A stretch of DNA of 32,000 nucleotides, taken from assembly GCA_963692945.1 (NCBI GenBank), contig OY843585.1:750001-782000 (forward strand). Direction: 5' to 3'. Under the pieces are notes generated by a model, which saw only the letters and a program-made list of their open reading frames with translations, was not told where the DNA came from and ran no database searches. The DNA comes from Bdellovibrionales bacterium (lineage in GTDB: Bacteria > Bdellovibrionota > Bdellovibrionia > Bdellovibrionales > UBA1609). Shown here in pieces: positions 26,310-32,000 of the stretch. Position 1 is the first letter of the stretch. Every line of letters starts with the position of its first letter. Position numbers and translations under genes: made by a program.

Positions 26310-27127
26310 TTCATTTCCTCATTGATTTTGTTAGCCATCCAATCACTTTCTTCATTATCTAATAGGAGAAAAGCTTTTGTATCAAGATTTTTTTGAACTT
26401 GAATATCTATATCTGACCAAATGGATTTTTGTATCAATGAAACAAAGCCCAATTTAGAAAGTTCTAAAAGAGAAAGAAAGGTTAGTAAGCGACTGTATTG
26501 ATGTTTTTTTACAGCACTCAATTTATTAAAACTGATTATTGTTCCTTGTATAAAATTTGTTGCTAGATCTTTAATGTGATTCAGAAGAGAAGGCAGAGCT
26601 TTTTTTGTCTTTAAAGGTTTTTTGATATGTTGAGATTGTAGAATTTTGTTATAATTTTGAATCAACAAGAAAGAAGCTTTTTCCCTAGAAATTTCTACCT
26701 CATTATTTGGAGCTGCCTTAAGAGATAAAATGTAATGAGATTTCCAAGTCTCTCTATTTAATAAGGGTCGTTCATAAAACAGACTTCCGACAGTTTGGTA
26801 TTTTTGATAATTGACTAGTAGCCGAACAAGATTTTTCTTTAAGTTAGAAGTTTCTTCCTCATCCTCTTCTTCTTTAGGAAGAAGGGTTTTAGATTTTATA
26901 TGCATTAAAATGGATGCCATTCGTATGAAGTCTCCTGCATTTTCTAAATCAGGAGATGGTATATCCTTTAAGTGCTCAACATATTTATTAGTGATTTTAT
27001 AAATATCAATTTTAAAAATATCCATTTTTTGTTTATGAATGAGCTGAAGTAAAAGATCTAAAGGACCTGAGAATTGTTCTGTTTGAACATAGTTGGGTTT
27101 GTTAAAGTTGGTTGAGTTTTCTACCAT
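26306..27127 (-). CDS. scpA: Segregation and condensation protein A (kleisin)
   Basis: The N-terminus FSGPLDLLLQLIHKQKMDIFKIDIYKITNKYVEHL is typical of ScpA, and the gene is paired with scpB. Confidence 0.85.
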   Translation of the reverse strand: MVENSTNFNKPNYVQTEQFSGPLDLLLQLIHKQKMDIFKIDIYKITNKYVEHLKDIPSPDLENAGDFIRMASILMHIKSKTLLPKEEEDEEETSNLKKNLVRLLVNYQKYQTVGSLFYERPLLNRETWKSHYILSLKAAPNNEVEISREKASFLLIQNYNKILQSQHIKKPLKTKKALPSLLNHIKDLATNFIQGTIISFNKLSAVKKHQYSRLLTFLSLLELSKLGFVSLIQKSIWSDIDIQVQKNLDTKAFLLLDNEESDWMANKINEEMK

Positions 27128-27210
27128 TATGAAATGCCTTTATTTTTAAATAAGAATCTAATTTGTATTTTAAATTTCTCCTTAAGTAAGATTCTAAATA
27201 ACTGAGCTCA

Positions 27211-27894
27211 TTATAAAGTGTTTGTAGCTAAAATAGCAAACCATTGTGAGCCGTTTATTAAATGATTAGCTATAAAAAAAAGTGGTTTTGATAGATAATG
27301 AAGAGCTCCTGAAAATACGAGAAAAATCAAAATAAAAGCACTATAATGTTGTTTGCTTTCTAAAAACATGTTCCAGCGAATAGGTAAAAAACGAGCTAAT
27401 ACTTTTGCACCATCTAAGGGGTGAAGAGGAAGAAGATTAAAGAAACAAAGAAGTAGATTGACAAAAATAAAAACCTCTATCATTTCAAAAACGGGAGCTT
27501 TTAAGGTCAAACCTTTGAGCTTGATGATATAGGCAATTCCTAGAAAGAAAGAGCCAATAAAAGCAAGAATGAAATTAGACAGAGGTCCAGCGAAGGCAAT
27601 CCAAAATAAGTCTTTTTTGGGATTTTTTAAGACTCTCTCGTCAACAGGGACGGGTTTTGCCCAGCCAAAAAAAAGAGGAGAATTAATAAGTAGAAAAAAC
27701 AAAGGTAAAATGACAGTTCCTATTAAATCTATATGTGCTACAGGGTTTAAAGTGAGACGACCATTATAATAAGCCGTTAAGTCTCCCTTTCTTTTTGCTG
27801 TCCATCCATGAGCCCATTCGTGAACACAAAGGGAGAAAAGAAGTGGAAGGTAAAATAAAAATATCTTATATATAAATTCACTGAAATTCATCAT
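27211..27894 (-). CDS. M50 family (site-2 protease-like) membrane metalloprotease
   Basis: It has HEWAH (HExxH) in the first TM region and NLLPLHPLDG (NxxPxxxLDG) in a later TM region. It is polytopic and 227 aa long. Confidence 0.8.
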   Translation of the reverse strand: MMNFSEFIYKIFLFYLPLLFSLCVHEWAHGWTAKRKGDLTAYYNGRLTLNPVAHIDLIGTVILPLFFLLINSPLFFGWAKPVPVDERVLKNPKKDLFWIAFAGPLSNFILAFIGSFFLGIAYIIKLKGLTLKAPVFEMIEVFIFVNLLLCFFNLLPLHPLDGAKVLARFLPIRWNMFLESKQHYSAFILIFLVFSGALHYLSKPLFFIANHLINGSQWFAILATNTL

Positions 27895-27936
27895 GATAAA
27901 GGATTTTTACCAGTGAATAAGGTTTTAAGCAAATAA

Positions 27937-28061
27937 CAAAACTCTAGTTCAAACAAGTATTTCCTACTCTTATTTTAATGAGCTTTTCATCGCAAGAGGG
28001 ACGCTCTTCAAATCTCATTAAAATAAGAGTTACTTAATAGGCTTATTGTTTGAACTAGAGA
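27937..28061 (+). repeat. Long-hairpin (LH) repeat element, copy C
   Basis: The outer arms are CTCTAGTTCAAAC (27942-27954) and GTTTGAACTAGAG (28049-28061). The 17-bp perfect stem is 27966-27982 / 28014-28030, with a 31-nt loop. The region 27937-28080 is the near-identical reverse complement of 11175-11318. Confidence 0.9.
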
Positions 28062-28128
28062 AAACCTTCTGGTTTTTGCACCTGACTTATAGAACACTGG
28101 CAAAAAACAGAGTTTTTCTCTAGCTCAC
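28049..28128. repeat. Two SH units in head-to-head orientation between LH copies C and D
   Basis: GTTTGAACTAGAGAAAACCTTCTGGTTTTTGCA is a reversed unit. A 17-bp centre follows, and then TGGCAAAAAACAGAGTTTTTCTCTAGCTCAC, a degenerate forward unit. Confidence 0.7.
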
Positions 28129-28228
28129 TAAGTAAGAATCCTTTTCTTTTTAGGTGTTTGAGGAGTATCCCTCTCACGACGAAAATCTCCTAAAAAGAAA
28201 AGGATATTATAGTTGAACGAGAGTTTTG
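28118..28228 (-). repeat. Long-hairpin (LH) repeat element, copy D (divergent stem, conserved loop core)
   Basis: The 17-bp perfect stem is ATCCTTTTCTTTTTAGG (28138-28154) / CCTAAAAAGAAAAGGAT (28189-28205). The 34-nt loop TGTTTGAGGAGTATCCCTCTCACGACGAAAATCT is related to the copy B loop. The element ends in GTTGAACGAGAGTTTTG. Confidence 0.8.
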
Positions 28229-28271
28229 TATTGACTTTGATTTCTGTAAAAGTCATTTTTAAAACAGTTTT

Positions 28272-29405
28272 ATGTATTTTTTATCTGAAGAGGAACAACT
28301 TTTTAAATCCTCTGTTTTAGATTTTGCTCAAAATATTTTACTTCCAAAGGTTTCCGAAATGGATGAGAAGGGAGAGATGTCTAGTGACCTCTTGAAAGAG
28401 TGTTTTCAAAGAGGTTATATGGGTATAGAAGTTCCTGAAAAGTATGGAGGTTCAGGAGGGAGTCTCTCCATGTCTTGTTTGTTGATTGAGTCTATTGCTC
28501 AAGTTGACCCTTCTTTGAGTGTTGTCGTGGATGTTCAAAATACTTTGGTGAATAGCCTTTTATTAAACTATGGGACGGAAGAGCAAAAACAAAAGTATTT
28601 GCCTCCGCTTTGTTCTTCTAGTGTAGGTTCTTATGCTTTAAGTGAAAGTTCCAGTGGTTCGGATGCTTTTGCTTTAAAAACAAGAGCCAAAGAAGATAAA
28701 AATGGTTTTATTTTGCAAGGTCGTAAGTTATGGATTACAAATGCTGCCGAAGCGGATGTATTTATTGTTTTTGCAAATGTCCATCCTGAAAAGGGCTATA
28801 AAGGTATTTCTACATTTCTAGTTGAAAAAAACTTTAAAGGTTTTTCTGTAGGAAAAAAAGAGGATAAGCTGGGAATCAGGGCGAGTTCTACCTGTGAATT
28901 GATTTTAGAAGATTGTTTTGTTCCTAAAGAAAATCTCATCGGATCTCTTGGTCAAGGTTATAAAATAGCTATAGAAACTCTGAATATAGGTCGTATAGGT
29001 ATAGGGGCTCAAATGTATGGTCTGGCTCAAGGAGCTTATAAGTTAACAAAGAATTATATTAAAGAAAGGGAGCAATTTGGGAAAGCATTAAGTGAGTTTC
29101 AAGCTGTTCAGTTTCAATTGGCAGAAATGAGATCTTATCTAGAAGTTATGGGTTTATTAGTGTACAATACAGCAAAAATGAAAGAAGCAAATAAAAATAT
29201 TGTGAACTCCTCTGCTATTTGTAAATGGTTCACTTCTGTTTATGCTGAAAAAGTTGTCTCTCAATCTGTCAATTTGTTTGGGGCTAATGGTTTCACGAAA
29301 GAGTATCCTATAGAAAAGTTTTATAGAGATAGTAAAATTGGTCAAATTTATGAAGGGACAAATAATATGCAATTACAAACAATAGCGAAACAAGAGTTAA
29401 AATAA
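28272..29405 (+). CDS. Acyl-CoA dehydrogenase (short/branched-chain type)
   Basis: It is 377 aa long with the motifs YALSESSSGSDA, WITNA, ERIGIGAQ-like NIGRIGIGAQ and QIYEGTNNMQ. Confidence 0.9.
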   Translation: MYFLSEEEQLFKSSVLDFAQNILLPKVSEMDEKGEMSSDLLKECFQRGYMGIEVPEKYGGSGGSLSMSCLLIESIAQVDPSLSVVVDVQNTLVNSLLLNYGTEEQKQKYLPPLCSSSVGSYALSESSSGSDAFALKTRAKEDKNGFILQGRKLWITNAAEADVFIVFANVHPEKGYKGISTFLVEKNFKGFSVGKKEDKLGIRASSTCELILEDCFVPKENLIGSLGQGYKIAIETLNIGRIGIGAQMYGLAQGAYKLTKNYIKEREQFGKALSEFQAVQFQLAEMRSYLEVMGLLVYNTAKMKEANKNIVNSSAICKWFTSVYAEKVVSQSVNLFGANGFTKEYPIEKFYRDSKIGQIYEGTNNMQLQTIAKQELK

Positions 29406-29418
29406 TTGAGGAGTTTTT

Positions 29419-30249
29419 ATGTTTAGTGTTTTATTCTTACTGACTTTAGTTTCTTTTTCTGAAGCTTCCAACCTTCCTGATGACCAAAAAGATCAAAAGA
29501 GAAATTGGTCTGTAGGTTTATCTCATAGTTTATCCTTTGGTGCTTATTATGAGGCAAGAGCTAAAAATTCTAATGGTTTGTCCTTTTCCTACAACTATAA
29601 AGACTTTAAATTTTCAGCGAAAGGTTCTTATGTTTTTGATCCTTTTGGATTTGTATCTGATCCAAGTTATCTTGGTTTAACGGATATTTCATTGGGTGCC
29701 TCTAAGCCTCTAAAATCTATGGAGAACTTTTTAGGTTTTAAATGGAATGCTTCTGCAGGTTTGGTGTTACCTACAGCTAAAAAGTCTTTAAAAAAAGGGA
29801 AGTATTTTGCTCTTTTTGGTAGATTGTCTCACTATCATAAATTTAAAGATAAATTTTCTTTTGGCTTTAATCATGTTTTGTATTCTGATTCTTATAAATA
29901 CCGAACAGATGTGTCAGGAAATTCAAATCGTTTAGCAGCCTCTTCTCATGAAGTTCAATTGACTGGGACATTTAACAAGTTAACCCTTTCAGGGACAGGA
30001 ACTTTTTATATCTACACTTATTTTGCAGACCTTGACCCTGACCCAAATGTCTCAGATACCAAATTAAAGTTTAAAGGGTATCAAGGAGCCAATTTTAATT
30101 TGTCTTATATGGTATGGGCTAAACATCATCTTAGGGGTTTTATGGGATGGAGTATCAATGTCCCTATCATTTCTCCTATTTTAACAGGTTTCCCTATTTT
30201 TAAGAAAAGATATTGGGTGTATAATCTTGGTCTAAGTTGGGCTATTTAA
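29419..30249 (+). CDS. Hypothetical outer-membrane beta-barrel protein
   Basis: It has a signal peptide (MFSVLFLLTLVSFSEA). Alternating hydrophobic and aromatic beta-strand patterns run throughout (SFSYNY, KFSAKGSYVF, LTLSGTGTFYIY, VYNLGLSWAI). I do not recognise any family. Confidence 0.55.
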   Translation: MFSVLFLLTLVSFSEASNLPDDQKDQKRNWSVGLSHSLSFGAYYEARAKNSNGLSFSYNYKDFKFSAKGSYVFDPFGFVSDPSYLGLTDISLGASKPLKSMENFLGFKWNASAGLVLPTAKKSLKKGKYFALFGRLSHYHKFKDKFSFGFNHVLYSDSYKYRTDVSGNSNRLAASSHEVQLTGTFNKLTLSGTGTFYIYTYFADLDPDPNVSDTKLKFKGYQGANFNLSYMVWAKHHLRGFMGWSINVPIISPILTGFPIFKKRYWVYNLGLSWAI

Positions 30250-30366
30250 GTCATTTACTTGATAAGGTGGTTGTTTATCTTCAATGCCTTTAAGAAAAAA
30301 CTTGCTTAGTGGTTTTTAACTTCAAAAAATTCATTTTTTTATATAAACTTCTCCTGAAAGAATATT

Positions 30367-31446
30367 ATGGTTTTTAAGTTTTTAGAAAAAGAAGTTTTAC
30401 CTCATGAACAGGTGGTGTTTTGCAATGATTATAAGACAGGATTAAAAGCTATCATTGCTATTCACAATACAACTTTAGGGATGTCTTTAGGTGGTTGCCG
30501 AATGTATCCTTATAAGACAGAGGAAGAGGCTTTAAAGGACGTTTTAAATTTATCTAGAGCTATGAGTTATAAATCGGCTTGTGCAGGGTTAAAAATTGGT
30601 GGTGGAAAATCAGTTATTATTGGTGACCCTGAAAAAGATAAAACTCCTGAACTTTTACGCTCCTTAGGTAAGTATGTCGAATCTCTTTCTGGTAAATACA
30701 CTATTGCTAAAGATGTAGGTATTACAGGAGAGGATTTGAAATACATCGGAGAGAAAACTTCTTATGTTGTTGGAAAACCTAAAAAAGAGGGTGGAGCTGG
30801 TAGTCCTAGTTACTTTACAGCCAAAGGGGTATTCCTTAGTCTTAAATTGGGAGTGAAGCTAAGGCTTAAAAAAGATTCTTTAAAAAATATAAAGGTTGTT
30901 ATTCAAGGTGTTGGTTCTGTAGGAAGAGAATTGATGAAGTTGCTTCTTGAAGAAAAAGCTGATGTTTTTATTTTTGATGTGAGAGATGAAGTTCTAAAAA
31001 AAATGGCTGATAAATATCCTTCTGTTCATATCTTATCTTCAGACAAAGTCTTTACAACGTCTTGTGATGTTTTTGCACCTTGTGCTTTAGGTGGAGTTAT
31101 TAACGATGAGAGCTTGAAAACATTAGATTGTGCTTTAATTGCAGGAGGAGCCAATAACCAATTAAAATATCCTGAAATATCTAAAAAGCTTGCTGATAAA
31201 AACATTCTCTATTTTCCTGATTTTATCATTAACAGTGGAGGAATTATCCACGCTTATTCTTTTTTTAAATTTTCAAAACCAACTCATTGGGCTGAAGAAA
31301 AACTCAAAGAGATACCAGATACATTAATGTCTATATATAAATCATCTCTAAGTCAGAATATTTCTATTACAGAAGCGGCCTACCAGTTAGCAATGGAAAG
31401 AATGACTAATACCAGTTGTTCTGAAGAAGAAAAATTGGTTTTATAA
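30367..31446 (+). CDS. ldh: Leucine dehydrogenase (Glu/Leu/Phe/Val dehydrogenase family)
   Basis: It carries GGCRMYPY, the catalytic LKIGGGKSVIIGDP and the Rossmann motif VIQGVGSVG. Its length of 359 aa fits the Leu/Val/Phe-DH type. Confidence 0.85.
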   Translation: MVFKFLEKEVLPHEQVVFCNDYKTGLKAIIAIHNTTLGMSLGGCRMYPYKTEEEALKDVLNLSRAMSYKSACAGLKIGGGKSVIIGDPEKDKTPELLRSLGKYVESLSGKYTIAKDVGITGEDLKYIGEKTSYVVGKPKKEGGAGSPSYFTAKGVFLSLKLGVKLRLKKDSLKNIKVVIQGVGSVGRELMKLLLEEKADVFIFDVRDEVLKKMADKYPSVHILSSDKVFTTSCDVFAPCALGGVINDESLKTLDCALIAGGANNQLKYPEISKKLADKNILYFPDFIINSGGIIHAYSFFKFSKPTHWAEEKLKEIPDTLMSIYKSSLSQNISITEAAYQLAMERMTNTSCSEEEKLVL

Positions 31447-31456
31447 GTTATTGGTT

Positions 31457-32000
31457 ATGGACAGCGACACTCAAAAAAAGAAGATTACAATTCAATCTAT
31501 CAATTCATGGATTTACCAGAATTTTAAATTCCTATTGATTGTTGTTGGCATTTGTTTATTTTGTTTGATTGCTGGAGGTGTTTTTTTAGAATGGCAAAGT
31601 AGCCATATCAAAAAAGTATATGGTGAACTTTATAAAATACAACGAAAACTACAAGTGGCTGGAGAAAAAGCCAATGGGAAGAATTATAGAAAACAAAATA
31701 AGGACATATCTTCTTTTTTAAACAAAGCAAAAGATAAAAAATCTTTTGTTTATTCAGAGGATATGAAGTCTTTATCTCAGAAGTATGAAGAGATTCTTAA
31801 AAATTATAAAGGTCAAAAGGTAGGTGCTGTTTTTGCTATTGATCTTGCAGACTTTTTTTATTTGAATGGTGAAAAGGAGCGAGCTCTATCTTTACTATCT
31901 CTATTTACTTTCCCTAAAAAAAAATCTTCTATTTATCATTTAGTTTCTTTTCAGTTGGCCAATTATTATATGGATGAAAAGAATTGTGAGAAAGCTTTAG
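31457..32000 (+). CDS. Partial membrane-anchored protein, possibly TPR/YfgM-like (3'-truncated by the window edge)
   Basis: My own translation from the ATG at 31457 runs without a stop to the window end. It begins MDSDTQKKKITIQ..., has one TM helix (FKFLLIVVGICLFCLIAGGVFL) and then a helical soluble region. This ORF is absent from the ORF track because no stop lies within the window. Confidence 0.45.
   Translation, partial: MDSDTQKKKITIQSINSWIYQNFKFLLIVVGICLFCLIAGGVFLEWQSSHIKKVYGELYKIQRKLQVAGEKANGKNYRKQNKDISSFLNKAKDKKSFVYSEDMKSLSQKYEEILKNYKGQKVGAVFAIDLADFFYLNGEKERALSLLSLFTFPKKKSSIYHLVSFQLANYYMDEKNCEKAL

Noticed and set aside
2852-29372. Short ORFs nested in or antisense to larger genes. These are 2852-3061, 4752-4997, 5076-5258, 6476-6664, 7244-7531, 7851-8054, 8488-8712, 9454-9645, 14143-14328, 16368-16565, 17028-17282, 17481-17885, 19724-19921, 23218-23400, 24413-24613, 26113-26325, 26811-27002, 27569-27769 and 29157-29372
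   Set aside because: Each lies wholly or mostly inside a longer ORF with clear family motifs. Their translations are low-complexity with no recognisable domains, as expected by chance in AT-rich DNA.

Overview
This is an AT-rich (roughly one-third G+C by eye), tightly packed bacterial chromosomal window, and most of it is housekeeping. Gene content and low GC loosely suggest a Bdellovibrionota/Oligoflexia-like or related lineage, but that is a low-confidence inference.

Gene order:
- 3' part of an alternative complex III operon (actB'-C-D-E-F)
- tRNA-Arg(UCG)
- DUF2799-like lipoprotein and a GT2 glycosyltransferase
- polyamine pair: a eukaryote-type S-adenosylmethionine decarboxylase plus spermidine synthase
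- Smr, orn, rmuC, ogt
- a large pilin-leader / tail-fibre-repeat / S74-chaperone chimeric protein
- lipoprotein Cu,Zn-SOD with a His/Cys tandem-repeat extension
- glpX, tilS, ftsH, glmM, tsaE
- a repeat-containing hypothetical protein
- cysteine desulfurase, mnmA and an MtaB-like methylthiotransferase
- scpB, scpA and an M50 protease
- acyl-CoA dehydrogenase, a beta-barrel OMP candidate, leucine-type dehydrogenase and a partial TPR-like membrane protein

The main unexplained signal is non-coding. It is a mosaic family of palindromic repeats at two loci (10226-11318 and 27937-28228), built from three modules:
- a 22-24-nt small hairpin, GCGAAAACC-AGYA-GGTTTTCTC
- a CTCTAGTTCAAAC box
- a ~100-nt long hairpin with a 17-bp stem, whose loop core is conserved while the stem covaries

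The family includes a 9-unit tandem array. It also includes a ~145-bp near-identical inverted pair that brackets 16.6 kb. No cas, integrase, transposase or phage genes are visible. All functional readings of the repeats are inference.
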